Positions 29,386 to 39,104 are shown, numbered from the stretch's first letter. The stretch: DNA of 64,000 nucleotides from a bacterium (GCA_037144045.1 JBAWXN010000002.1:54734-118733); one strand, 5' to 3'. Notes: generated from the letters alone by a model not told the origin. A program made the numbers and translations.

Positions 29386-30502
29386 ATGATTCAATTCCAT
29401 ACATGAGTTTTCCAAGTAAGGATAACTGTTCTGGTTTTCTTACTTCTTCTAACATTTTCGGATTAGTATATCTTGGTTTTTTACTCGCATGCATGAGTGC
29501 TTCGCGGTTATTACTTCCTATTCCAGAACGAAACGCTTCGTGACGTGCATTCACTAGTGTATGATCAGTTTCGCAAGCAGGCCCGGCTGCAGTATAGGCA
29601 ACATACCGAATATCTTGAGAAATATTTTCAGTATTTGCATGAGTAGTACGACTATCCCATAATACCAAATCGCCTTTACGTAGTGGAAATGCTTGAAGCT
29701 GTTTATCGATCCAAGAAACACCTGCAAGAGATTCTGGTAGTTCAACATATTCACCCTTGTTCGGTACATGCGGCTTATAATCAAGAAAATGGTTTCGTGA
29801 TCCAATTGCCGCAACGAACGTTCCTCGCTCAACTGGACAATCTACTAGGGCAAGCACGCCTTGAACCGTTCTAAAGTCAGGATGAATCAACGGATTCTGA
29901 TCGACATGTAACGATAGTGCTTTTGATTCTGCATGGTGAGGCAATTTGACTCCTAACCGATCAAAACTAGTCCAAATATCGTATCTATTCCAAATAAGTA
30001 CCTGAGCCAAGTAATGAATTACCGACTGACGAATTTGTGCAAGTATATCATCATGATACAACTCGAAGAATCCTCGAGAGATAAATGGAGTACCTGCATC
30101 ATCAACAGGGATAGCATTCCACGAATCAGCATTATTCAATTCGCAAACACCATTACTCATCAGCTTAACCACTTCATTCATTCTTGCAATAGTTGCATCA
30201 CATTGATGTACACTTATTACATTCTTGATAACTACTACACCAAATTTGCTCCAAGTATCTACTAACGAAGCTTCATCAGCAAGTGGATCGAATGCGATCG
30301 CATATCCATCACGATCAAGAGGATACTTTTCAGCCCGGCGAACAGAAACCAACTTTTTCAAATTTGTAGACGAACTGTTTGTTTTAAGACTTTCTTTAAC
30401 CTCTGAAATAAGTTTGATAACATCAGTATCTGATGACGAATTGGTTTTCGTATTTAATTGTAATTTCGTAGCTAGCTGCTTAATAATTGGTGTAATAATC
30501 AT
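29366..30502 (-). CDS. phytanoyl-CoA dioxygenase-like 2OG-Fe(II) oxygenase
   Basis: LHVDQ (HxD), VQGVLAL, GDLVLWDSRTTH and RYVAY motifs. Confidence 0.8.
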   Translation of the reverse strand: MIITPIIKQLATKLQLNTKTNSSSDTDVIKLISEVKESLKTNSSSTNLKKLVSVRRAEKYPLDRDGYAIAFDPLADEASLVDTWSKFGVVVIKNVISVHQCDATIARMNEVVKLMSNGVCELNNADSWNAIPVDDAGTPFISRGFFELYHDDILAQIRQSVIHYLAQVLIWNRYDIWTSFDRLGVKLPHHAESKALSLHVDQNPLIHPDFRTVQGVLALVDCPVERGTFVAAIGSRNHFLDYKPHVPNKGEYVELPESLAGVSWIDKQLQAFPLRKGDLVLWDSRTTHANTENISQDIRYVAYTAAGPACETDHTLVNARHEAFRSGIGSNNREALMHASKKPRYTNPKMLEEVRKPEQLSLLGKLMYGIESYEKNIT

Positions 30503-30542
30503 AAGGAAAAGAAAACCTGCGCGAGCGCAGGTGCATTAATAA

Positions 30543-30836
30543 TTAACTGTTAGGATGTAGCGCATGCTTCTTTTTGAGACTCATGCGGTATTCACCACTC
30601 GGACGAGTTCCATAAATGCGAATACTCGATGAAAGTTTCACATCAGTTTCCGCACCACAACAAGGACAACAAAACGTAGTGTAATAATCGGTTGAGCCGT
30701 CATAACATTCATGACGTGTTTGGTATAAATCCATTTGAGAGACGAGGAGCACTGCTCCGCATCCAAGATCACCGTTTCCGGATCCTGTGCAAGTAAATTC
30801 CTTACCTGCAGCTCCACCTTCTTGTATAACTTTCAT
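30543..30836 (-). CDS. small Cys-rich (Zn-ribbon-like) protein
   Basis: CTGSGNGDLGC...CPCC. Confidence 0.55.
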   Translation of the reverse strand: MKVIQEGGAAGKEFTCTGSGNGDLGCGAVLLVSQMDLYQTRHECYDGSTDYYTTFCCPCCGAETDVKLSSSIRIYGTRPSGEYRMSLKKKHALHPNS

Positions 30837-30984
30837 ATGATTGTTTTTTGAATTGAAAAGAATGATACATACCCAGTATATTCAGAAATAAAATTTGTAC
30901 CGAAAAAATACGAGCACTTGTAACAAGCACCAGTGGTTAATCTAGAAACCCTTTATTTTTAATAGTATTTTGCTATACTTACCA

Positions 30985-31002
30985 TGTAACAAATTTGTTA
31001 CA
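30985..31002. promoter_or_regulatory. perfect palindrome, candidate operator of the adjacent TrmB regulator
   Basis: TGTAACAAATTTGTTACA between the -10 (TGCTATACT) and the ATG. Confidence 0.5.
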
Positions 31003-31013
31003 GATATTACTCT

Positions 31014-31742
31014 ATGAACACGATTACCACCTCCCTTACCCAATTAGGTCTTTCAGTCCACGCTGCTGATATGTATGTATTCCTCCTTGAACGTGGACAA
31101 AAAACCGCAACTGAATTAGTTTCAGGATTACGACTCCATCGCCCGCAAGTCTATCGAGCCCTTGGCGAACTGCACGAATCACAACTTATTGTTCAAACCA
31201 CTTCTGGAAGTCAGAAAAAGTATTACGCTGAACCACCCAAGAAACTCGACCGCCTTGCCAAAGATGTTGCCGATCGCATTACCACTATCATTCCAGAACT
31301 CGAGGAACGCAGCTTACGCAAAAATAACCAACCTTTTGTGAAAATACTTGAAGGATCCAAAGGGATACGAGCCGTGTTCGACGACCTTGTGGAATCATGC
31401 AGCAAAGGCGAGATTTTTTATCGGTACACCTCGGAGCTTGATCTCGATAAAGTGAATAGCTTCCTTCCCAAAGATTATCGGATACGTCGTGACACAAAAA
31501 AACTTGAGCGGTTCGTTATTAGTAATAAATTATCCGGAAGTCAAAAAAAACAACGCCTCGAACGTACCCTAAAATTTATTCCTCAAGATGACCCGTTTAA
31601 TCAAAATATTATTGAACTGATCTATGCAAATAAGGTCGCCATTATTGACCTGAACACTCAGACGAGCCTCCTGATCGAAAATGAAAGTATTGCAGCATTT
31701 CAAAAGGTAATCTTCCGAAATTTGTACAAACGACTCATATAA
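31014..31742 (+). CDS. TrmB-family transcriptional regulator
   Basis: LGLS...HRPQVYRAL wHTH, ILEG linker and IYANKVAII motif. Confidence 0.85.
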   Translation: MNTITTSLTQLGLSVHAADMYVFLLERGQKTATELVSGLRLHRPQVYRALGELHESQLIVQTTSGSQKKYYAEPPKKLDRLAKDVADRITTIIPELEERSLRKNNQPFVKILEGSKGIRAVFDDLVESCSKGEIFYRYTSELDLDKVNSFLPKDYRIRRDTKKLERFVISNKLSGSQKKQRLERTLKFIPQDDPFNQNIIELIYANKVAIIDLNTQTSLLIENESIAAFQKVIFRNLYKRLI

Positions 31743-31867
31743 GGTTCCTGTACACCTCGAATATTTTCTGGTATGGTGAAACCAGAGATGTCCCGTTATT
31801 CTTATACGATCCAACCTCTTTATCTCTCTTAACTGACTTTTAAAAAACGGCATAACTGCCCTGACTT

Positions 31868-33391
31868 ATGAAATTTTTAATACTTACCGACATTATTGCG
31901 GTAATCCTTGGGATTATTGCTGGGTACTATGTGCGACAAATAGTGGCACGATTCCAAAAACGCTCTCTTGAAACAAACGTTAAGGAACTCATGCTTCGCG
32001 CCCGAGAAGACGCGACACGAATCACCGAAGACGCCGATCGCCGTGCAGAACATCGTTTACACGAATTGCGTAACCTAGAACGCGAACACGAAATTGAATT
32101 CAAAAAAAATAAAGACTTCCTCGTAAAAAAGGAGAGTCTTTTAGATGCCCGACAAATGGAAATTGATGTAAACTACGAAGACCTGAAGAAGAAGATCGAG
32201 GAAGTACGTGCACTGAAAGACAAAATGAATGAGGCTACCGCACGACAAGAACAAGAACTCGTACGTCTTGCAGGAATGAATCGAGAAGAAGCCCGCGATA
32301 TCATTGTTGCAAGTGCAGAAGAAAAATATAGTGAAGATATTTTGGTACGCCTCCGTAAACTCGAACTTTATGGCGAAGAAAAATATAAAGAGCGCGCTCG
32401 TTCAATACTCGTAACGGCAATTCATCGCCTGGCGAGTTCTACAGCCCATGACGTAACTACTACCGCGGTCGAAATTCCTAACGAGGAAACTAAAGGAAAA
32501 ATCATCGGAAAGGAGGGACGCAATATTAGAACCTTTGAACGCATTACCGGTGTTGAACTCATTATTGATGAGTCACCAGATGAAATTATTATTTCATCAT
32601 TTGATCCGGTGCGACGACAAATTGCTAAGGTTGCCATGGAAGAACTTATTAAGGACGGCCGCATTCAACCAGCAAAAATTGAGGAATTTTTTGAAAAAGC
32701 GAAAGATGATATCAATGAAATCATTAGACGCAAAGGTGAAGACGCGGTACACGAATGTGGTATCTATACCCTTGATCCGCGCATTGTTGCTATTATTGGT
32801 CGCCTACACTTCCGAACCAGTTATGGACAAAACGTATTGCAGCACTCAATTGAAGTGGCTCACCTATGTGAAATGCTTGCAACCGAGTTAGGCGCGGATC
32901 CTATGATTGCAAAAGTTGCAGGACTCGTTCACGACATTGGTAAAGCGCTCGATCATGAAGTTGAAGGAACCCATATCGATATTGGTATGCGCATCCTTGA
33001 AAAATTTGGCGCTGATCCGCGAGTTATCACCGCCATGAAATCACATCACGATGATTGGCCTCATGAAACCATTGAAGCAGTTATTGTACAAGTAGCTGAC
33101 ATGATTTCAGGTTCTCGTCCTGGCGCACGTCGTGATACTCTTGAAAATTACTTGAAGCGACTCCGTGAACTCGAAGCTGTAGTGAACACCTTTACCGGAG
33201 TTCAAAAATCATACGCACTCCAAGCAGGTCGCGAGATCCGAGTCTTTGTACACCCTGATCAAGTAAGTGACCTTGAAGCGAAACGAGCTGCCCGCGCTAT
33301 GGCTGTTCGTATCGAACAAGAGCTACGGTATCCTGGTGAAATCAAAGTAACCGTAATTCGTGAAAACCGTATTATTGAATACGCGCGGTAA
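31868..33391 (+). CDS. rny: ribonuclease Y
   Basis: N-terminal TM, coiled coil, KH domain (KGKIIGKEGRNIR) and HD domain (HDIGKA). Confidence 0.96.
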   Translation: MKFLILTDIIAVILGIIAGYYVRQIVARFQKRSLETNVKELMLRAREDATRITEDADRRAEHRLHELRNLEREHEIEFKKNKDFLVKKESLLDARQMEIDVNYEDLKKKIEEVRALKDKMNEATARQEQELVRLAGMNREEARDIIVASAEEKYSEDILVRLRKLELYGEEKYKERARSILVTAIHRLASSTAHDVTTTAVEIPNEETKGKIIGKEGRNIRTFERITGVELIIDESPDEIIISSFDPVRRQIAKVAMEELIKDGRIQPAKIEEFFEKAKDDINEIIRRKGEDAVHECGIYTLDPRIVAIIGRLHFRTSYGQNVLQHSIEVAHLCEMLATELGADPMIAKVAGLVHDIGKALDHEVEGTHIDIGMRILEKFGADPRVITAMKSHHDDWPHETIEAVIVQVADMISGSRPGARRDTLENYLKRLRELEAVVNTFTGVQKSYALQAGREIRVFVHPDQVSDLEAKRAARAMAVRIEQELRYPGEIKVTVIRENRIIEYAR

Positions 33392-33432
33392 ATAAAAAAA
33401 ACAAACCCTTTGGTGTTACCAAAGGGTTTTTG

Positions 33433-33756
33433 TTAAATATTATTTTTTTCTACAAGCGCCTGTTCATAGTCTGCAAGTGGAGCAATGTCCCATCCTAATT
33501 CTTTAGCAACCGCCTCAGCAGTTTCCTGACTCGTGGGAAGTAGCTCTAATAGTGTTGCAACTACTATTCGTCCATTCTGGAAATGTGCATTTGGAATTGA
33601 TTCAAGCAATATGTTTTTTGAGTGTTCATAGCGACTACTTGTGTCAAACTCCTCACCACCTTCCCATGAAACTATTACTTCAATCTTACCTTTGTAAAAA
33701 ATTACTTTCCTTCGATTAAGAAGGTTAGCGAAACGAAACCAAAATTCAATCTTCAT
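33433..33756 (-). CDS. hypothetical protein
   Basis: 107-aa ORF. Confidence 0.45.
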   Translation of the reverse strand: MKIEFWFRFANLLNRRKVIFYKGKIEVIVSWEGGEEFDTSSRYEHSKNILLESIPNAHFQNGRIVVATLLELLPTSQETAEAVAKELGWDIAPLADYEQALVEKNNI

Positions 33757-33774
33757 AGTTATTACTTTAATACA

Positions 33775-33939
33775 TTACATGGCCTTACGTGGGATATGCT
33801 TCATTTGTGATCGTCCCCCTCCTTTAAGTGCTTTGGTGTTTACTGAACGATTCCCTACATTAACACCTTGTCTTTGGGTATCTAAAAATGTACTTCTTTT
33901 CTTAGAGTTATGAGTTCCTTTACGGTTTTTGTTTGGCAT
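33775..33939 (-). CDS. small basic hypothetical protein
   Basis: Lys/Arg-rich 54-aa ORF behind a TTGACT/TATAGT promoter. Confidence 0.4.
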   Translation of the reverse strand: MPNKNRKGTHNSKKRSTFLDTQRQGVNVGNRSVNTKALKGGGRSQMKHIPRKAM

Positions 33940-34024
33940 AATATAGTTTTTTATACTATATAACAATTTATAATAAAGTCAAGTATTTTGAGACTTCCCC
34001 TCCCGATGTGTTATACTCATTTAT

Positions 34025-34498
34025 ATGGCAACAGAAACCGAACGCAAGTTCCTCTTGAAAGACAATTCTTGGAACACAGGAATTACAGGGACAGAATATA
34101 AACAAGGATACCTCGTGAGTAGTCCCGAGCGAACTGCACGCATTAGAATTGCAGGGAACAAAGGATACATTACTATTAAAGGTCCAGGTGCTGAAGGTTC
34201 GCTTACACGACCTGAATATGAATACGAAATCCCTCTTGCTGATGCAGAAGAACTATTTAACAACCTCTGTGAACCTGAAAAAATTGAAAAAACGCGATAC
34301 AAAATTCCTTTCGAAAACCATGTTTGGGAAGTAGATGTGTTTCACGGAACCAACGAAGGTCTTATCATGGCAGAAGTAGAGCTCGCAGATGAACACGAAG
34401 AAGTTATTATTCCACCCTGGATTGGTGATGAAGTGTCTGACGATCCTCGCTATTTCAATAGCAAACTCGCAAAAAATCCGTTTACTACTTGGGAATAG
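34025..34498 (+). CDS. CYTH domain protein
   Basis: ETERKFL, EYEY, EKTRY, WEVDVF and AEVE motifs. Confidence 0.9.
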   Translation: MATETERKFLLKDNSWNTGITGTEYKQGYLVSSPERTARIRIAGNKGYITIKGPGAEGSLTRPEYEYEIPLADAEELFNNLCEPEKIEKTRYKIPFENHVWEVDVFHGTNEGLIMAEVELADEHEEVIIPPWIGDEVSDDPRYFNSKLAKNPFTTWE

Positions 34499-34568
34499 GT
34501 CTTTACGAAACAACGATTTAATGTATAATCACATTAAATCTTTTTGTTTCACTTTAATTGCGTAATCC

Positions 34569-35063
34569 ATGAGCACTGCAGCACTAGCACCTGAAAAAAC
34601 AGGTTTTCGTTTCTTTTCCCTTACTGAGTCAGGCCTCATCGAGCCAGGAATTCCAAGCTTTAAACAGCATGATGGCACATTATTAATAAAGCCACGGGGG
34701 AAACGAGGCCGCCAATTTAAAATATTTGCCAACACCACAATAAGCACAACCACTGCGGTCGTAAATAAAAGCGGTACATTCTATATCCAGTCTGGACTCA
34801 TTCAAGAATTCAACGAGGACAATGTGCTTCAAATACGAGATGCGTTGTCTTATTCTTTCGATAAAGTTGCTGTGTACCTTCCTGTTAACTTAGGGCGTAA
34901 ACTATTACTAGAAGAAACCCAAGGGTACGTAAACGAGCTTGCTCATTCATTTCTGATTTTGAAAGACAATACTTCATTTACCGTATGCCTTGGGAGGTCA
35001 TTTTACAAAGTTACCTACCTCAATAAAGAACTGACATGCACTTTAGTTCCTTTTACAGACTAA
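34569..35063 (+). CDS. hypothetical protein
   Basis: 164-aa ORF followed by a terminator. Confidence 0.5.
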   Translation: MSTAALAPEKTGFRFFSLTESGLIEPGIPSFKQHDGTLLIKPRGKRGRQFKIFANTTISTTTAVVNKSGTFYIQSGLIQEFNEDNVLQIRDALSYSFDKVAVYLPVNLGRKLLLEETQGYVNELAHSFLILKDNTSFTVCLGRSFYKVTYLNKELTCTLVPFTD

Positions 35064-35267
35064 TATTCTCATATTAAATAAAACGCCTGAATCATAAATA
35101 ATGATTCAGGCGTTTTTTGTCAAGTTTCCCTCCGAAAAAACCTTATGGTATAATGATTTCGCTTTTGGTATTCGAAAAAACCAAACAGCTAAGCTTAGCA
35201 TTACAAGTAAGGTAATTTAATTTAAGAACGAAGTATCGGCCGATATCTCGTTCACATCATAATTTCT

Positions 35268-35540
35268 ATGAACAAAGCAGCTCTCGCAGATCTTATCCAC
35301 GCTAAAATTGGTGGAACAAAAACACAATCAGAAGAAGTAGTACAAATGATCATTGATTCAATCATTTCAACTTTGAAAAAAGGAGATGAAGTTTCACTAG
35401 CTGGTCTTGGAATCTTCTCAGTAAAAGACCGAGCAGCCCGAGAAGCTCGAAACCCAAAAACTGGTGAAACAGTTAAGGTTGCCGCTACAAAGGTTCCTAA
35501 GTTCCGAGCTGCTAAAGCTTTGAAAGACGCTGTTAAATAA
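35268..35540 (+). CDS. hup: histone-like DNA-binding protein HU
   Basis: MNKAAL, GLGIF, ARNPKTGE and PKFRAAKALKDAVK motifs. Confidence 0.96.
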   Translation: MNKAALADLIHAKIGGTKTQSEEVVQMIIDSIISTLKKGDEVSLAGLGIFSVKDRAAREARNPKTGETVKVAATKVPKFRAAKALKDAVK

Positions 35541-35590
35541 TATCCATTCAGATAAACAAAAAATCCCTTTAGGGGATTTTTTGTTTTGTG

Positions 35591-35661
35591 TGCGGCGCAA
35601 GGGAATCGAACCCTTATCCACTGCTTGGAAGGCAGTTATTCTACCACTAAACTAGCACCGC
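35591..35661 (-). tRNA. tRNA-Gly(TCC), CCA not encoded
   Basis: Cloverleaf GCGGTGC...GGTTCGATTCC...GCGCCGCA; anticodon loop CT-TCC-AA. Confidence 0.92.
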
Positions 35662-35792
35662 ATTATTTTCGTTCGCCGATGAGGCGAGCGCAAGTTTTCC
35701 TATCATAGCAGATTATCTAAAAAACTCAAGTACATCTTTTCCTTATAACTTGATAATGATATACTAATCACGTTAACTAATTAATTTACTTT

Positions 35793-36230
35793 ATGAAACA
35801 TTTAAAACATTTACACAAACCACATTTAGGAATCCTCTTGCTCCGCATTGTTGTGGGTGCAGTATTCGTATATGCAGGATATCAAAAACTTCATGATATG
35901 CCGCAAACCGTTCAATTCTTTGGAATGATTGGATTTTCTCCATTCTGGGCTTGGGTTACCGCACTCACCGAATTCATCGGAGGAATTATGATTATCGTTG
36001 GATATGGAATGCGCATTGCAGGATTCCTCCTTGCAGTTACTATGGTAGTTGCTGCGGTTAAAGTTGCTCCTCAAGCTGGATTTATGGGCGCATTGTCCCC
36101 TATCCTCCTTGCTACAACATCACTTTATTTTGTAACTTCAGGATGCGGAAAATATAGCGCTTGCAGTATGCTTCACGGAAAAAATTGCAATGATTGTAAA
36201 GCTGCTGGTAAATGCGATTGCCAACACTAA
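35793..36230 (+). CDS. DoxX family membrane protein
   Basis: LLLRIVVG.VF..G.QKL and EFIGG motifs, GCGKYS, and a Cys-rich tail. Confidence 0.85.
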   Translation: MKHLKHLHKPHLGILLLRIVVGAVFVYAGYQKLHDMPQTVQFFGMIGFSPFWAWVTALTEFIGGIMIIVGYGMRIAGFLLAVTMVVAAVKVAPQAGFMGALSPILLATTSLYFVTSGCGKYSACSMLHGKNCNDCKAAGKCDCQH

Positions 36231-36271
36231 TAAAAAACTCCTCACTATGAGGAGTTTTTTATTATAAACAA

Positions 36272-36721
36272 TTATTGAAATACAACAGGTACTGAATACG
36301 ATGCATCAAATTGTGGTTCACCTGAAGGATTATCCTTAGTAAACACGAGCGTACCTGCGCCTTGATAGTTTGTTACCGGAAGGGTTACAGAAAAAGGAAT
36401 TGAATTAGTAGTCATCCAATCCTGTGATGAATGGGCAAGCGCTACCCCAATTTGGTTTCCATTAATGTCTTTCATGAATACTGGAAACGATCCCTCAAAA
36501 AACCAATTCCCTACCACCATTCCTGTAACTGTCATAGGTAGCGTAATAGCTTGTCCAGAAGTTAATGAATCTATAGTAACAGGATTTGTAGTTGACTGAT
36601 TTTGTTGAGGAGTTTCAGGAACTGATGGAATTGTTTCCGTGCGATATTTCCATAACAAGACACTTCCCAAAATAACCACTCCAAGTCCAATAATGATTGC
36701 AATTGATTTTATGTGCTTCAT
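36272..36721 (-). CDS. membrane-anchored Gmad2-like immunoglobulin domain protein
   Basis: GNWFFEGSFPV, DWMT and KDNPSG motifs. Confidence 0.75.
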   Translation of the reverse strand: MKHIKSIAIIIGLGVVILGSVLLWKYRTETIPSVPETPQQNQSTTNPVTIDSLTSGQAITLPMTVTGMVVGNWFFEGSFPVFMKDINGNQIGVALAHSSQDWMTTNSIPFSVTLPVTNYQGAGTLVFTKDNPSGEPQFDASYSVPVVFQ

Positions 36722-36768
36722 GCATAAAGTATACCATATGAAAAATCCCCTCACGGGGATTTTTCATA

Positions 36769-36844
36769 TGGTCGGAGTGCAGGGATTCGAACCCTGAGTC
36801 ACCTGCTCCCAAAGCAGGCATGTTAGCCGTTACACCACACTCCG
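36769..36844 (-). tRNA. tRNA-Pro(TGG), CCA encoded
   Basis: CGGAGTG...GGTTCGAATCC...CACTCCG-ACCA; anticodon loop TT-TGG-GA. Confidence 0.92.
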
Positions 36845-36930
36845 TTATTAAGCGACAATGCTCATACTAACACATTCCACCAAAAAGAAAAGCCTCACTT
36901 GCTCGTAATGAGAAGTGAGACTTCATATTA

Positions 36931-37488
36931 TTAGACCGTTAAGGCCTCATGAGGAACTGGCTGCAGCTCCTGTTTTTTCTTTTTTACTACCGGTTGCTTC
37001 TGATAGAAATAACTATCACGTAGCACCACATTTGCTTTGTTTGTGGTATCGAACTGTTCCTTGTGCTTAAAGCACAAGTCGCCGGTCTGATACAGACCAA
37101 TTACTTCACAAATACTTGTAAAGCGCAGTGTCAGGAATGGGTCATTACTAGCCTCTATTTTATTCTTGTACGTGTTAATGAATTTCCACAACTCGTTTAT
37201 CGCTAGGAGCTGTTTCTCAGAGTCTTTGATGTGTTCCATCTTTTCCTCTGTTTTGTAGGCTCTTTCTGGATCAGCGATGTCCTTCACCGTGCCATTTAGC
37301 TTTCCCTTAGTAAGCTGAAATAATACTTTGCCCAGGAATTTCATACGGGAATTCCCTTCCTTGTTTCCTAGTTTCAGTAGGTACTTAGTCTTCTCGGCAA
37401 GTTGTTGTTTAAATTCATCCCAGGTTACCAGGGATTCGCGACCAAGCTGTTGCTTCGATGCCGCTGCAAGTACTGCTGCTGTCTTCAT
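36931..37488 (-). CDS. hypothetical protein (185 aa)
   Basis: Long ORF with its own promoter and terminator. Confidence 0.6.
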   Translation of the reverse strand: MKTAAVLAAASKQQLGRESLVTWDEFKQQLAEKTKYLLKLGNKEGNSRMKFLGKVLFQLTKGKLNGTVKDIADPERAYKTEEKMEHIKDSEKQLLAINELWKFINTYKNKIEASNDPFLTLRFTSICEVIGLYQTGDLCFKHKEQFDTTNKANVVLRDSYFYQKQPVVKKKKQELQPVPHEALTV

Positions 37489-37606
37489 ATAAAGTTGTTT
37501 AATGAAAAATGAATATCAATATACCACACGTGAAGTATTTTGCAATAAAATAAGGGGCTCCTTGCGGAACCCCTCTTCACAACCCACTGACCACATATTT
37601 TATTTA

Positions 37607-38164
37607 TTATGCAACCGGGAGACCAACTCTTCTTAAGAGCTCATCTCTACCAGCCTTTGTTTCAGGTTTTGAAACTTCAGGCCTGTTTGCGGTTATATAG
37701 TTGAACGCTGCAATTGATGATTGTTTCTCGCGATGGAAATCATCAATGTTTGCATTTCCTGTAGCGAATTTCGTAAAAATATCGTAAATAAGCCAGAAAA
37801 CGAATTTTTCATACAAATCTCTGTCTTCTTGGTGCGCTATACCTTGCAGCGCATTAAGGCCTTCTGCCCAAGCTTTCGAAACTTTTGTTTTTTGTGTCGA
37901 ATTTGGGCGATTGGTTTTAAAGTTCTCAATCGTCTTTCTTGTTTTTTCCTGGTCGAACAGAAACGTAATCTGTTCACCTTTTTTATTCAACAGGATAGCT
38001 TCTGCTAACCGAACTAAATGTTTGTAGTGCGAACACTTACACTCAGAACCAACAGTATAGATTTTTAATAGCGGTTCTCTTACAACGGCTATTATTTCTA
38101 AAATGGCCGGAGACTGCTGTCCTCCAATATCCGCGAACGGTTCCTTATTCTTTTTTTCCTGCAT
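37607..38164 (-). CDS. hypothetical protein (185 aa)
   Basis: Long ORF followed by a terminator. Confidence 0.6.
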   Translation of the reverse strand: MQEKKNKEPFADIGGQQSPAILEIIAVVREPLLKIYTVGSECKCSHYKHLVRLAEAILLNKKGEQITFLFDQEKTRKTIENFKTNRPNSTQKTKVSKAWAEGLNALQGIAHQEDRDLYEKFVFWLIYDIFTKFATGNANIDDFHREKQSSIAAFNYITANRPEVSKPETKAGRDELLRRVGLPVA

Positions 38165-38193
38165 ATGTTAGATTTGAAAGAGAATACCACATA

Positions 38194-38589
38194 TTATATA
38201 TTTGCGCAAGTATCGGTAATATTCCAGATGGTGCTCAATTTTGCAATCCTTGTTTCACGATTAATATGTACCGCTACCGCATCCAGCATATATTTTGTTT
38301 CATGTGAAACCTTTCGTTCAGCTAAATACCATAAAACAGTCTTTTTAATCTTGGCTATTTTGTAGCCAGTTATATTTTCAAAAGGATTATAGCAGGATCC
38401 GTATTTTATAAGTGTTTTAACTTCTATAAAATGGAGTACTGGACCTAAGCGGGCTACTATATCTATTTCACCAATCTTCTTAGTATAATTTCTTTCAACA
38501 ATGATAAAGCCTCGTGAAACGAGATAGTCTACGGTGATTGACTCACCAAGTTCCCCTATTTTCTGTTTCTCAGAACTAAACTGTTTCAT
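38194..38589 (-). CDS. YraN family (UPF0102) protein
   Basis: GELGE, ERNY, GEIDIV and FIEVK motifs. Confidence 0.85.
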   Translation of the reverse strand: MKQFSSEKQKIGELGESITVDYLVSRGFIIVERNYTKKIGEIDIVARLGPVLHFIEVKTLIKYGSCYNPFENITGYKIAKIKKTVLWYLAERKVSHETKYMLDAVAVHINRETRIAKLSTIWNITDTCANI

Positions 38590-38676
38590 ATATCTATAGT
38601 AACAAACGACAATAAATAACTAATCAGTAATTAATAAAAGACACATTATCGTCATTATCGACAAATATATGACGTT

Positions 38677-38741
38677 TTATCCACTATTTACCCTTAGTTA
38701 TTAACACTTACCCCCAAGTTATCCACAGTTTTAGTGGATAA
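38677..38741. promoter_or_regulatory. DnaA-box array
   Basis: TTATCCACT 38677, TTACCCTTA 38688, TTATTAACA 38698, TTACCCCCA 38708, TTATCCACA 38719 and an inverted box at 38733-38741. Confidence 0.6.
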
Positions 38742-38819
38742 CTGTCGTTAATGTCGATTAGGTTTCATCTATAGAAAAAGACACTCATGGTTGAGTGTCT
38801 TTTTCTATAGATTATTATG

Positions 38820-38891
38820 TGCACCCGCTAGGACTCGAACCTAGAACGACAGTTCCGAAGACTGTAGTGATATCCGTTTCACTACGGGTGC
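38820..38891 (-). tRNA. tRNA-Arg(TCG), CCA not encoded
   Basis: GCACCCG...GGTTCGAGTCC...CGGGTGCA; anticodon loop CT-TCG-GA. Confidence 0.9.
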
Positions 38892-39021
38892 ATATTACGT
38901 TCTCAGGCACTATAAGCGCTTTCGATTGTTGAAACACTATACATGATATCTTACGATAAATCAAATAATACTGAACGTCTTCTTGAGAAAATAAGGCAAA
39001 TAAGGTATAGTATCCCTGCTT

Positions 39022-39095
39022 GCGGCCATGGTTTAGTGGTAGAACACGTCCTTGCCAAGGATGAGATGGGAGTCCGATTCTCCCTGGCCGCACCA
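39022..39095 (+). tRNA. tRNA-Gly(GCC), CCA encoded
   Basis: GCGGCCA...TGGCCGC-ACCA; anticodon loop TT-GCC-AA; variant T-loop TCCGATT. Confidence 0.9.
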
Positions 39096-39104
39096 ACGTT
39101 TCAC

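Noticed and set aside
35226-35253. Hairpin in the HU leader as an ncRNA
   Set aside because: A single imperfect palindrome; not enough to call a structured RNA.
38943-39104. N-terminal extension of the cca ORF
   Set aside because: It overlaps tRNA-Gly(GCC); the ATG at 39105 is the plausible start.
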